64,000 nucleotides of DNA, from assembly GCA_024276825.1 (NCBI GenBank), contig JAJRWI010000003.1:1-64000 (forward strand), written 5' to 3'. Position 1 is the first letter of the stretch. Every line of letters begins with the position of its first letter. A program made the position numbers and the translations under genes. The notes under the pieces were generated by a model. The model searched no databases, was not told the origin of the DNA, and saw only the letters and a list, made by a program, of their open reading frames with translations. Below, piece after piece: positions 9,066 to 19,084 of the stretch. The stretch comes from an archaeon. GTDB lineage: Archaea > Asgardarchaeota > Thorarchaeia > Thorarchaeales > Thorarchaeaceae.

Positions 9066-9665
9066 TTACTTCTTACTCTTCTCGCGTTTTATCTCTCCAC
9101 GTGCAATCTTGACGTCTTCTTCCACCCAAGACACGTCAGGACCAATTTTTCCAAGGAAGGGTTGTCTCATCGTAAGCCCGAGTTTTCCGGACCTGTTTCC
9201 TGACTCAAAACTGATAGAAGTGACGCGTGCTCTCACATAGTCGCCCTCGGAGAGAGTACGGCCGGTTTCCTTGCCCATCAGAGAGTTGCCCTTTGGGTCT
9301 TGTGTGATAAAGTCATCACATATCTGACTGACATGGCATAGACCGTCTAGTGGACCCATTCTGATAAATGCACCAAAGTCCATTAGTTCCACGACATTTC
9401 CCTCGATCACCTCACCACGGATTGGTTTGAATACGAGGACGCGGTAGGTCACCTGATGATATGTGGCGCCATCCCCAGGAATCAGGCGGCCCTGCCCGAT
9501 ATCATCTATGCCAATGACTGCTATCATGAGACCTATGTTTCTGTCCAGCACATTCTCACTGCCCTTTCTCAAGTGAGCGAGAGCTGCTTGTTCGATGGGC
9601 TCACCAAACTCACTCGGTGGGATTCTTACTATATCGCGGACCGTTACAACGGAATACATATGCAA
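9066..9665 (-). CDS. rpo7: RNA polymerase subunit Rpo7 (RpoE')
   Basis: GDGA.YH, FGAFI..GP.DGL.HVSQI and GLTMRQP.LGK motifs. Confidence 0.97.
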   Translation of the reverse strand: MHMYSVVTVRDIVRIPPSEFGEPIEQAALAHLRKGSENVLDRNIGLMIAVIGIDDIGQGRLIPGDGATYHQVTYRVLVFKPIRGEVIEGNVVELMDFGAFIRMGPLDGLCHVSQICDDFITQDPKGNSLMGKETGRTLSEGDYVRARVTSISFESGNRSGKLGLTMRQPFLGKIGPDVSWVEEDVKIARGEIKREKSKK

Positions 9666-9809
9666 AGTCTCCTTGTTTATGAGGGCAAATTGTTAGAATA
9701 ATCAGACCAAGACATGGACTTGACATGGTCTAACTTGATGACCATCGTTGCTACAATTGATGATTAATAAAAGGTTTGTGAATTGTCGTCTGGTAGTAAG
9801 TTTTTGCAG

Positions 9810-9967
9810 GGTTGCGTGTGGATGCGTAGAGGTTGGACAGGGTTGGACACTCATCAAAAAAAGAGATAATCAGAGGTCTGATTAATCTTGCAAGACTCAA
9901 TCTTGAACTGAAGTTTACAGTGCCCAGTGCCATTTTCTGGATGGACAGGATTGTCTAATTAAAAATG
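9810..9967 (+). repeat. Dispersed intergenic repeat, copy A
   Basis: First 47 nt match 45437-45483 at 37/47. Confidence 0.6.
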
Positions 9968-10000
9968 GGGGATAGGACCCAAATGGAAAAATGAATATAA

Positions 10001-10032
10001 TGCAACACACTCCCGATGGGGAGCATGTTGCA
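10001..10032 (-). terminator. 14-bp hairpin downstream of the ArsR-like gene
   Basis: TGCAACATGCTCCC-CATC-GGGAGTGTGTTGCA on the minus strand (G-U pairs). Confidence 0.5.
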
Positions 10033-10046
10033 ACTCTGTGTCGGGC

Positions 10047-10328
10047 TCATTCGAGCTCTATTACGATGCGTTTAATCTTGGTCTTTGAGATCTTCTTCAG
10101 GCCATGCTGTCCCGGCTCATAGCGACACTCCAAGAGACCTGCTTCGAATAGAATCTTGATCTGAGCACTGGCATTGGCCTCGGTGCCCTCAAGAAACTTG
10201 GCCACTCTGGTCACATCTTTTTCACCCTGAAGCAGGAGCTTCAGGATTTTTAGCCGTGTCGCTGATGAAAGAGCACGACCGACTCTTATAATTGCATCAT
10301 CATCGGAAATCGTTAGTGTTTCTGACAG
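10047..10328 (-). CDS. ArsR-family wHTH regulator, CTG start (not in ORF track)
   Basis: GAGGTG RBS then CTG; ...RALSSATRLKILKLL...ASAQIKILFEAGLL...GLKK (93 aa). Confidence 0.85.
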   Translation of the reverse strand: MSETLTISDDDAIIRVGRALSSATRLKILKLLLQGEKDVTRVAKFLEGTEANASAQIKILFEAGLLECRYEPGQHGLKKISKTKIKRIVIELE

Positions 10329-10523
10329 TTGTCACACCTCGTTAAAGTGTAGATGATTATTCAATCATATCTTTATTATTTCTATCGTTATGGAGATTTT
10401 TTATTTTCAGTTTTATAGGTTCATCATTACGCCAATATGATTTTTTTAATGAGTGTGGTCCATCCGCAGCACAAAATTAATCATTCCTCCCAGTGATAAC
10501 ATCTCTGGAAGCGTGCTGAGCCT

Positions 10524-12545
10524 ATGGGCGATGAAACAGAGTTCATCATAGGATTTGATATTTTACCTTCTCACAGTCCCCGTTCGAAGTCAACCCCTAA
10601 GTTCGCATGTGTCGTAATGCGTGATGGAATTATCCTGAGTGAACATCACGAGATATCTAAGCGATCACTGATCAGACTGGTGAATGAGTTCATCCCAAAA
10701 TGGCTCTGTACGGACAACATCTTTGAGATAGTCCCCGACAGCAAGTCTATCTTCCGGTTCATGGACAGAATCCCTTCTGAAACCAAGCTCGTGCAAGTGA
10801 CTGGCGTGCCCCCACATCAGATTGCCCTGAAGACACTCGCACGAAGGCATAAGATACCAGTCAAGGGGAAACCAAGCCCCCTCGAGGCTGCACGGATTGC
10901 CGCGCTTCTGGCCTCAATGGGTGTTGGTCATAGTATTGAGTGCTTCAGTGCCCAGACAGAGATTAAGGTCACTCGAGGTCGTAAGATGGGGCGTGGTGGG
11001 CAGAGTGCTAATCGATACAGGCGAAAGCTGCACTCTCAAATTCAACAGATGACCAGACACATTGAGGGCGAACTGAGGGATGCATCCATTGAATACGATA
11101 TTGATGTGAGGACATCAGACTTTGGATATTCCAGCTCCCGAATCATTGCATATGCCCCCCTTCCAGTGATTCGCGAGCTGATTGAGGCGAAACGTGGTGG
11201 CGACTTTAATGTTCTTATTTCGCCCGTCAGGAAGCGTGTAGAGTTTCTCCCTCTTGAACCCAAGCCACTTCCGACTCATATCCGCCCACGGTTCTTTGTC
11301 CTTGGAATTGACCCAGGGACAACTGCAGCAATATGCTTACTCACACTGAACGGTAAGGTCCACCTGCTCACCAGTCGAAAGAACCTTGCAAGAGCTGACA
11401 TCATTAGGATGGTTTATGAGCATGGAATCCCCGTAATGGTGGCTACAGATGTTCCCCATATTCCCCAGCTCGTGGAGAAGATTGCTAGTACCATCAATGC
11501 AGTGATATATTCTCCAAATCGTCCAATCCCTGTTTCTGAGAAGCAGGAGATTGCAAGAGAGTTTGCTGGAAAGATCAAGGTCAGGAATGCGCATGAACGT
11601 GATGCCCTGACTGCAGCTATCTATGCCTATCGTAGTATATTGCCCAAACTCAGACAGATTGACAGAAAGATCCGTGAAGAACAATTGAAGATTGACCGGG
11701 CCCAGTTGAAAGCATTGGTGATTAAAGGGACACCAATTAACGAGGCCATTGCCAGCCTCACTCACGTGGACTCTGAACCCGTGGAGGTTACTCTTGCACC
11801 AGAGGTCACGGAGGAGCCACTTACTCAGGAACGTTATGACGCATTACTCAAGAAGTATGAGGACCTCAAGGAGGAGGTTCAGATATTGAACGCCAAGCTC
11901 GAGGACCAGCGTCGGCTAATCGAGTTTCTGAGGTTTAGAGAGAGCGAGCTTGAAGAGAGCCTGATGATAGTGAGCCGCGAGAACTATTGGAGAGTAAAGC
12001 GTGACCGGGAGCTTACCAAGAAACAGACGGAGATCATGCATCTACAGCGGGAGAACAAGAAACTGAAAGAGCATCTCGAGTCTCTTGGCAGGCGATTTGA
12101 ACTTTTAAGAGGGGTCAAGCGGCGAGAGATTCGTGGTGATATGCTTGCTATAAAGGCCATTGACAAGTTCACTCAAGAGAGCATTGAGGAATATATGAAA
12201 CGTGTGTCCACACTGAAGAGTGGAGACATTATACTGTTCGAGGATGCTTCTGGAGGAGGACCTCAGACTGCGGGACTCCTCATTGACAGACAGATACGTG
12301 CAGTAATCATTGACACACCAATCTCGCATCTTGCACGTGAGGCGTTGGTGACTGCATTGATCCCAGTGATTCAGGCCAAAGACGTTGAGCTTCAACGCAT
12401 AGATGAGTTTGCATTCATCAGCCGTAAGAAGTTTGAGAGGCAGCTTCACGAGTTTCTGAAAGAGGTGCGTGAGCAAGCACGACAAAAGAGTGAAGAGCAT
12501 CTAATTGAACTGATTGAGAAATACCGACATGAGATGGACCGCTAA
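10524..12545 (+). CDS. DUF460 (COG2433) RNase H-fold/coiled-coil protein
   Basis: GRGGQSANRYRR, GIDPGTT and HERDAL motifs. Confidence 0.9.
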   Translation: MGDETEFIIGFDILPSHSPRSKSTPKFACVVMRDGIILSEHHEISKRSLIRLVNEFIPKWLCTDNIFEIVPDSKSIFRFMDRIPSETKLVQVTGVPPHQIALKTLARRHKIPVKGKPSPLEAARIAALLASMGVGHSIECFSAQTEIKVTRGRKMGRGGQSANRYRRKLHSQIQQMTRHIEGELRDASIEYDIDVRTSDFGYSSSRIIAYAPLPVIRELIEAKRGGDFNVLISPVRKRVEFLPLEPKPLPTHIRPRFFVLGIDPGTTAAICLLTLNGKVHLLTSRKNLARADIIRMVYEHGIPVMVATDVPHIPQLVEKIASTINAVIYSPNRPIPVSEKQEIAREFAGKIKVRNAHERDALTAAIYAYRSILPKLRQIDRKIREEQLKIDRAQLKALVIKGTPINEAIASLTHVDSEPVEVTLAPEVTEEPLTQERYDALLKKYEDLKEEVQILNAKLEDQRRLIEFLRFRESELEESLMIVSRENYWRVKRDRELTKKQTEIMHLQRENKKLKEHLESLGRRFELLRGVKRREIRGDMLAIKAIDKFTQESIEEYMKRVSTLKSGDIILFEDASGGGPQTAGLLIDRQIRAVIIDTPISHLAREALVTALIPVIQAKDVELQRIDEFAFISRKKFERQLHEFLKEVREQARQKSEEHLIELIEKYRHEMDR

Positions 12546-12555
12546 GATTGAGGAC

Positions 12556-12786
12556 TTAACTCTCGGGGATCTGGATCCATAGGATGTTATTACCGCGGAT
12601 GAGGACTTCGCCGTACTTTGCCTTTACCTGTTCCTCATCAATCTCTTCCGCGTCAGCCAATGTGAGATTCATAATCATATCGCATCGGGTTAGTCTTCCC
12701 CTGAAAATCCGTTGGTCCTTCAGTTTGACTGTGACCATGTCATTTATCGAGTTCTCAAGGGCCTTGATTGGCTGATTCTGGGTCAT
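12556..12786 (-). CDS. Sm/LSm protein (SmAP1-like)
   Basis: VKLKD.R.F.G.L...D..MNL.L and IRGNNI motifs. Confidence 0.95.
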   Translation of the reverse strand: MTQNQPIKALENSINDMVTVKLKDQRIFRGRLTRCDMIMNLTLADAEEIDEEQVKAKYGEVLIRGNNILWIQIPES

Positions 12787-12903
12787 AGAACATTCCTCAT
12801 GGTGGGGCTTGCGGAGGAGATTATAAAGGCTTTGATGCGAAACTCAGCAATTGACAAATGCGCGGATTTATTCGTGAAGCATGCAAGAATATGGTTGAGT
12901 CAC

Positions 12904-13896
12904 ATGACACTGATATGCCTTGGTCTGGAAGGAACCGCACACTCGTTTGGCGCGGGCATTGTTTCAAATGATGGTACTGTGATGGCCAACCTGTGGGACA
13001 TGCTATCACCTGAAAAAGGAGGAATTCACCCCCGTGAGGCCAGTCGCCATCATGCGGAGGTGGGCCCAGAATTGGTCCGCAGGGCAATTGAGGAGGCAGG
13101 CGTTTCGCCGTCTGAGATTGGCCTTGTTGCATTCTCAATAGGTCCTGGTCTCGGACCGTGCCTTCGCACAACTGCAACAATGGCCAGGACACTTGCACTC
13201 CGACTCTCAGTTCCCCTTGTGGGTGTCAATCACTGTGTGGCTCACATTGAGATTGGTTGTCTGGAGTCAGGGTTTTCAGACCCTGTGACCGTGTATGTTT
13301 CGGGAGGAAACACACAGGTCATCGCCTTTGCAGGGGGTCGTTTCAGAACATTTGGCGAAACCCTAGACATAGCCATTGGAAATATGCTGGATGTGTTTGG
13401 AAGAAGCGTTGGCATGGGATTTCCTGCAGGCCCGCGCATTGAGAGGCTGGCAAGAGAAGGTAAGGAGTTTCATCAGCTGCCATACTCTGTAAAGGGAATG
13501 GACCTCTCATATTCCGGCATGCTGACTGCAGCAAGGCGCCTGCATTCAGAGGGAGTTCCTGTGCCCGATATTTGCTACAGTATTCAGGAAACTGCCTTTG
13601 GGATGCTTGCTGAGATTGCAGAGAGAGCCCTTGCGCATACAAAGAAGTCTGAACTTCTGCTGACAGGTGGAGTCGCTCGCAACAAGAGGCTGATTGAAAT
13701 ATTAACTGGCGTGGCAGAACGACATGATGTCCTCTTCCACCGCGTCAGTCCCAGCCTTGCAGGTGATCAGGGGGCAATGATTGCATGGACTGGTATACTG
13801 CAGTATCAGGCTGGAGACCGCCTTGACATTGCTGAGTCATTCATCAGACCACGATGGAGGACAGATGAGCAGGACATTCATTGGAGGTCAGAATGA
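12904..13896 (+). CDS. kae1: KEOPS t6A transferase Kae1
   Basis: GLEGTAH, GPGLGPCL, NHCVAHIE and SGGNTQ motifs. Confidence 0.97.
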   Translation: MTLICLGLEGTAHSFGAGIVSNDGTVMANLWDMLSPEKGGIHPREASRHHAEVGPELVRRAIEEAGVSPSEIGLVAFSIGPGLGPCLRTTATMARTLALRLSVPLVGVNHCVAHIEIGCLESGFSDPVTVYVSGGNTQVIAFAGGRFRTFGETLDIAIGNMLDVFGRSVGMGFPAGPRIERLAREGKEFHQLPYSVKGMDLSYSGMLTAARRLHSEGVPVPDICYSIQETAFGMLAEIAERALAHTKKSELLLTGGVARNKRLIEILTGVAERHDVLFHRVSPSLAGDQGAMIAWTGILQYQAGDRLDIAESFIRPRWRTDEQDIHWRSE

Positions 13897-14525
13897 TGCA
13901 GTCTGAGATATGGTCACTTGGTGCTGAGTCGACAATCTTGCGGGTGGAGAGATGGGGCAGACTGTTCGCACTCAAGTGGAGGCATCCTAAACCCTATCTG
14001 CTTAAAGCGATTGATGACCAGCTGCGAAGTATAAGGACACTCCGTGAGTGCAAGATGCTTGACTTTGCGAGGACAATTGGCATTCCAACCCCTGCAGTCT
14101 ATTCTGTCGACCTCTCAAACAAGATCATCATGATGGACTTTATCATGGGGAATCAGGTGAAGCAGATTGTGCCTAGGACCAGTGATAGCGAGCTAAGGTC
14201 AATGTGTGTCAAGTTCGGCCATCTAATCGCAACACTACATAGGCACAATGTCGTGCACGGGGATCCAACAACTAGTAATCTAGTGATTGATGGCAAGTCA
14301 AGACTATGGCTCATCGACTTTGGGCTTGGAGAGTGGAATGCGACTGTTGAGATGAAGGGTGTTGATTTGCACCTCATCAGGCGTGCTCTGGAAACAACCC
14401 ACTGGGACAGGCAAGAGCTCATGTTAGAATCGACCCTTGAAGGATATCGTGAGGTCTTGGGAGAGGCAGCTGAAACAATTATTAATAAGATGAATGAAAT
14501 TAGGGAGCGTGGGAGATACCACTAG
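13893..14525 (+). CDS. bud32: KEOPS kinase Bud32
   Basis: GAES, HGDPTTSN, IDFGL and RGRY motifs. Confidence 0.96.
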   Translation: MMQSEIWSLGAESTILRVERWGRLFALKWRHPKPYLLKAIDDQLRSIRTLRECKMLDFARTIGIPTPAVYSVDLSNKIIMMDFIMGNQVKQIVPRTSDSELRSMCVKFGHLIATLHRHNVVHGDPTTSNLVIDGKSRLWLIDFGLGEWNATVEMKGVDLHLIRRALETTHWDRQELMLESTLEGYREVLGEAAETIINKMNEIRERGRYH

Positions 14526-14614
14526 AAGGTCAGCCACAAAGTAATGTTTATATCATCACACTCTGGCGAAGAGGAAGAACCTCTTTCTAATTTAATACAC
14601 CAAGGGGTATTCTA

Positions 14615-15070
14615 ATGGCGAGAATGCATACAAGACGTAAAGGTCAGTCAGGAAGTAAAAGACCCTCAACATTAAGGGTTCCTGAGTGGTTCGATAAGGA
14701 TGCAGCATGGGTAGAGGAAAAAGTCATCGAACTTGCCAAGGCAGGCAATACTCCATCAATGATTGGTATGATCCTGCGCGACCAATACGGAATACCCTTA
14801 GTGAGAGTCATTACTGGGAAGAGAGTCCTGGACATTCTCCGGGAGAACAATCTCGAGCGTCAGGTGCCTGAGGACTTGCGTAATCTCATTGCAAGGGCTG
14901 TGAGAATTCGCAGACACCTTGAGGAGAACAAGAAAGACTTTGTTTCTAAGCGTGGGCTTCAACTGATTGAGAGTAAGATTCACAGGCTGTCAAAATACTA
15001 CAGAAAGAAGAAGATATTGCCTGTCGATTGGAAGTATTCTCCAGACCAAGCAGCAGTACTGCTTCGCTAA
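14615..15070 (+). CDS. rps15: 30S ribosomal protein S15/S13e
   Basis: MARMHTRRKG, LRDQYG and ESKIHRL motifs. Confidence 0.98.
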   Translation: MARMHTRRKGQSGSKRPSTLRVPEWFDKDAAWVEEKVIELAKAGNTPSMIGMILRDQYGIPLVRVITGKRVLDILRENNLERQVPEDLRNLIARAVRIRRHLEENKKDFVSKRGLQLIESKIHRLSKYYRKKKILPVDWKYSPDQAAVLLR

Positions 15071-15104
15071 GACTTATCTTCATGCTCGACATCATAGGAC
15101 TGCA

Positions 15105-16430
15105 ATGAGCCCAAAACATGACTCACCCAAAGACTTGAAGACCTTAATCAAGCAGACAAGGGCATTAGACCTGAAGTCTAGTGAGAGAGTTGCCATTTTC
15201 TCAGGACCCAGTCCCCAAGCAATCACTGCCACAGCAATTCTATGCCGTGCATTGCAGAGAAATGACATCTTGTTTCATGTGCGTTTTGTGGACATTGTGC
15301 CTGATCTGAGCCTGCTTTCCATATACATCAAACAAATCTCTGGTGACCAATTTGTAATGGTGGGCTGTGAGTTGTCGGGTCCTGTTGATATGGATGACAG
15401 GAAGTCACTTGTGCTTATCGGCTCTAGTCAGGGAGCTTCAGAGTATCCATCTGTTGGGACCACAATATGTGCCCCTGCATCTGCCTACGCTCTCGCCCAG
15501 ACCATCTCAGAAGTCAAGAGGGAGGACCTTCAATTGGCAGCCATTGGATCCATTATACGAGATCATTATGTCTCTGATGGTGCTTCTGCAGAGGTTGTGA
15601 AGCTAGCCGAGTCGGACAAGATTGTCGAGGAGAGGAAGGGGCTGAAGTTGTTCGGGACAAACTTCCTCCCACTCAATCAGGTGTTCAATCTGAGTATATA
15701 TCCATACATTCATGGTCTCAGTGGTAATCCGCAGGCATGTGAGAAGATACTTGACAAGGCGGACATTCCGCTTGGGAAAAGGACCAAGCCAATAACGAGT
15801 CTGAACACTAAGGAGGTCCAGAAACTCACTCAAGAGCTGATGCAGATTGACATGGCCAACAAGGTTTCTGTCATAAAGAGTATGCTGGGACGTGATTATA
15901 TCTTCAAGTTAGAGATGGGTACAAGCCCTCTGCTGTTCCTGTCAGGGATCATCCCCCTTTTCCATGCCTCATGGTGCAGGTGGGAGCTTGGAATGGCAAC
16001 AGCAACAATGTTGGGTGATAGGGCTCGCATGCTGGATGAGATTGTTTCCACCTATAAGAACCACAGTTACATGGTCATAATGGCAATGAAGCAGATTTAT
16101 GAGAACCATGCCACAGATACGGAGGATAGTGCATCATCAACCATATTCTGTCCCGATAAGCCAGTTCAAGGGATTTCACGTGTTGCCCTGCCAGATGTTG
16201 CACGCACACTTTACGAGGTCGGGTTGGTTTCGACAGATGTACCAATCATTCTTAACAGTGATGATGGTGCCTGTGTTTCATGGTCAGCCGACATGTACTC
16301 GTACTCATCTGCCCTAATTGAGTTAAGGAAGGCAGGGCTTAATCCCCGTTCTGCCACAGAACAGTCCATCATATTGTCAAATACAGTAAGAGATCCCAAG
16401 GACATACTATCACTACTGATGAGTTCGTAG
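15105..16430 (+). CDS. RecJ/GAN/Cdc45-like DHH-family protein with degenerate active site
   Basis: Located between rps15 and pcc1; recognisable central region (GLKLFG, PYI.GLSG); DxD and DHH motifs absent. Confidence 0.75.
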   Translation: MSPKHDSPKDLKTLIKQTRALDLKSSERVAIFSGPSPQAITATAILCRALQRNDILFHVRFVDIVPDLSLLSIYIKQISGDQFVMVGCELSGPVDMDDRKSLVLIGSSQGASEYPSVGTTICAPASAYALAQTISEVKREDLQLAAIGSIIRDHYVSDGASAEVVKLAESDKIVEERKGLKLFGTNFLPLNQVFNLSIYPYIHGLSGNPQACEKILDKADIPLGKRTKPITSLNTKEVQKLTQELMQIDMANKVSVIKSMLGRDYIFKLEMGTSPLLFLSGIIPLFHASWCRWELGMATATMLGDRARMLDEIVSTYKNHSYMVIMAMKQIYENHATDTEDSASSTIFCPDKPVQGISRVALPDVARTLYEVGLVSTDVPIILNSDDGACVSWSADMYSYSSALIELRKAGLNPRSATEQSIILSNTVRDPKDILSLLMSS

Positions 16431-16441
16431 GAGATAGAGGC

Positions 16442-16684
16442 ATGCATTCTGCGTCAGTCAATATCAAGTTTGAGAGTAGTGAGATAGCCAATTATGTCTT
16501 CTCAGCAATCAACCCTGACAATGCCCCACTCCCTTCTGACCTTGAGATCACCTGTGCTGTAGAAGGCAACACCATGTTCATTCATATCAAGACAGGTCGT
16601 AGTATTCAGAGCCTGCAGAACACCATAGAGGACATCATGAGTGCAATCGATCTCTCACTGCGAACCATGATCTCAATCGGTTAG
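16442..16684 (+). CDS. pcc1: KEOPS subunit Pcc1
   Basis: AINPDN and SLQNTIED motifs; synteny. Confidence 0.85.
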   Translation: MHSASVNIKFESSEIANYVFSAINPDNAPLPSDLEITCAVEGNTMFIHIKTGRSIQSLQNTIEDIMSAIDLSLRTMISIG

Positions 16685-16686
16685 AT

Positions 16687-18135
16687 TCACTTGGATGTGA
16701 ACTCCTCATAGACTGTCTTAGCAGTTTCTTTTGCATGCTCGGCCATCTCGGGAGTGATGAACCCCCGTTGGACTGCCCTCTTTAGCAGGTGTTGGTCGAT
16801 GATTCTGACCTCACCATTCACTGGCGCCACAACATCAATCTCAAGGTCGATGTACCTTATCTTGCTCGGGGCTGCACCGTTACTGGGGTAGATCTCAATC
16901 CCCGTGTTTATGTTGACATAGGTGCCCTTTAACTCTCCCTCTCGAGAGTAGTACTTTGTGACCAGCGTTTTGGCCCCGTGAATTGCCTCAGTCAATGCAT
17001 AGTCGCCCTCATCACTGGGCACATCCACATCATTCGGGTATTTCTTGGCAATCTTGAGCTTGCGTCTTGTATATCTGAACTGCCTTCTTAGCACCAGTCC
17101 TTGAGAGCTGGTTTCGATTACTCGCCCCCTGCCAAGCAACACCATGGCACCGTCAAGCTTCACATGCTCGATATTGATGGGGTCATTGACCCGGGGCATA
17201 TCTTGACTGACTACCTTCTCCAATTTGGAGGTGATGTATCTCTTATCACCCACCTTGTCCTCTATGACTAGTTCTGCAAAGTCAACGAGAGACGCATATC
17301 CTGCGCTTTTGTAGAAATGGTGATGATTGATAGTTGGTCTGATCTTTCCCCGCGTCTTGTCAAGTGCCTCTTTCACTTCAGCAGGAAACTCAATGTCTGC
17401 ATTGCTTGTCCCCTCAAAGAGGATTCCAACATGGTCAAGTTCGTCATACTTGGAGTGAATTCCCTGAGCTATGTCTAGGAGGTCCTCTACCTCATCACGT
17501 AGTTCCTCTTCAGTGAGTTTCTTGGCTGCTGTACGCCAGAGGACACCCCACTTCTCCATATGTTCACGTACCTTTTTACCAAGTTCCAGAAGGCTCTTTC
17601 GGGTTTCCTGACTCTTGATTTTTGTGCTGAGTCTTACTACTGGTTCGGGGAGCAGGACCACTGCGCGTCCAGGAATGGTTATGCTCGATGACAGCACGGG
17701 TGCTTTCTTCCCGTAGTCATGTGCTCTGACTTGAACCATGACATAGGACCCAAGTTTGAGTCCCTTCTCGGGGAGCACGCCAGTGATCTCACCGAGGTCC
17801 ACCTTCATGTACCCAGTCTTCTCGTCTCTACCAAGAATATAGCCCTTGTATATAGAGCTCTTAGCAACACGTGGAGTGCGAGTGATGACCCATCCAAGAC
17901 GACGACGCAATACATCGTTGAGCCTCTTTAGGACCGACTCATATGCAATCGCGACAATACCCTGTAGGTCGCTCCGGTCCCAGATATCAACATCAGGGAT
18001 GTCGTTTCTCACAGGAAGCCCGAACCTTCTTGCCACTTCTTGGGTGGGTTGTACAATCTCAAAGTGGTTTTGCAATAGTATTTGTGTGAGAGACTGTGAG
18101 TATATACCTCTAATTCTTGCCTTTATCATATTCAA
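16687..18135 (-). CDS. fau-1: FAU-1 / RNase E/G-like AU-binding protein
   Basis: ARIRGIYS, WRTAA, GTYVNINT and YIDLEIDVV motifs. Confidence 0.92.
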   Translation of the reverse strand: MNMIKARIRGIYSQSLTQILLQNHFEIVQPTQEVARRFGLPVRNDIPDVDIWDRSDLQGIVAIAYESVLKRLNDVLRRRLGWVITRTPRVAKSSIYKGYILGRDEKTGYMKVDLGEITGVLPEKGLKLGSYVMVQVRAHDYGKKAPVLSSSITIPGRAVVLLPEPVVRLSTKIKSQETRKSLLELGKKVREHMEKWGVLWRTAAKKLTEEELRDEVEDLLDIAQGIHSKYDELDHVGILFEGTSNADIEFPAEVKEALDKTRGKIRPTINHHHFYKSAGYASLVDFAELVIEDKVGDKRYITSKLEKVVSQDMPRVNDPINIEHVKLDGAMVLLGRGRVIETSSQGLVLRRQFRYTRRKLKIAKKYPNDVDVPSDEGDYALTEAIHGAKTLVTKYYSREGELKGTYVNINTGIEIYPSNGAAPSKIRYIDLEIDVVAPVNGEVRIIDQHLLKRAVQRGFITPEMAEHAKETAKTVYEEFTSK

Positions 18136-18210
18136 ACACTAGCCCAAGGTTAAACATGAGCCTTCTGACTTCAGAAGGCACAACAAATATGCTCACCAAG
18201 TCCAAGACAT

Positions 18211-18504
18211 TCAATCACGTATTGGTTCAAGAAGACTTGATACATGCCATATCTTAGTCCTCGCGTGATTTGGACAGTTTGGGTCTTGACTTGGTTCGTC
18301 AATAATTGAGATAGCGTTCTGGGCTCTCACCGCAGGGGAGATTGACTCATCTTCCAACACGGCAATGGCCTCGTTCGCTGCACGTCTGATGTTTCTGGGG
18401 ACTGAAGAGTCCTCACTTATCTGCTTGAGCAAGTGTTTGCTCCGTTCAATTGCTTCTGCTGTTTCGGGGTCCAATGGACTCACCTCTGAATGGTCTTTGC
18501 GCAC
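18211..18504 (-). CDS. UPF0147 family protein
   Basis: [12 protein letters not shown] and DPN.P.HART.IW motifs. Confidence 0.9.
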   Translation of the reverse strand: MRKDHSEVSPLDPETAEAIERSKHLLKQISEDSSVPRNIRRAANEAIAVLEDESISPAVRAQNAISIIDEPSQDPNCPNHARTKIWHVSSLLEPIRD

Positions 18505-18671
18505 GGATGAAGTGCGAGTTACAATTCACAATGGCTAAGCAATGACATAATAACGTTTTGTTCTGGATTATCAATATTGGAACAATAATCTTCAGCAGGG
18601 CCATTTTGCGTCCGAGTTGCGTTTACATAACATCTATTAATTTAGAAACTACTCACATTTATCTGATGATT

Positions 18672-19034
18672 ATGACCGATGCGGATGATGCAGCTATCAA
18701 ACGAATGGCTGATTTACTCCGTCGAGGTGCAACGATGCTTGCCCAAGCATGCCCCATTTGTGGAGCGCCTCTGTTGAAAGTGGATGAGGACATCTATTGT
18801 GCGTCTTGTGACAGGAGATTCGTCACTCAGCAGGAGGAGGATGCCACGCACAGATCATCACATGATAAAGTGAACCTTCCAAGACTGAGGTCCGCAATTG
18901 TGTCAAAACTGGATCATCTTGGCGCCACAATCAATGAGCTGACTGACCTGAATGAACTGGAGAAGACAATAGGGATAGTCATTCAGTTTCTAAAGGCTCT
19001 TGAACTGATTGACGGTCATGGTAATGAGAGATGA
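18672..19034 (+). CDS. UPF0148 / Sjogren autoantigen-1 family Zn-finger protein
   Basis: MADLLRRGATML...CPICG.PL...C..C. Confidence 0.9.
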   Translation: MTDADDAAIKRMADLLRRGATMLAQACPICGAPLLKVDEDIYCASCDRRFVTQQEEDATHRSSHDKVNLPRLRSAIVSKLDHLGATINELTDLNELEKTIGIVIQFLKALELIDGHGNER

Positions 19035-19084
19035 CTGGTGGCCATCATCATTGGAGGATGACCACGGATCCAGATTTTACGATT

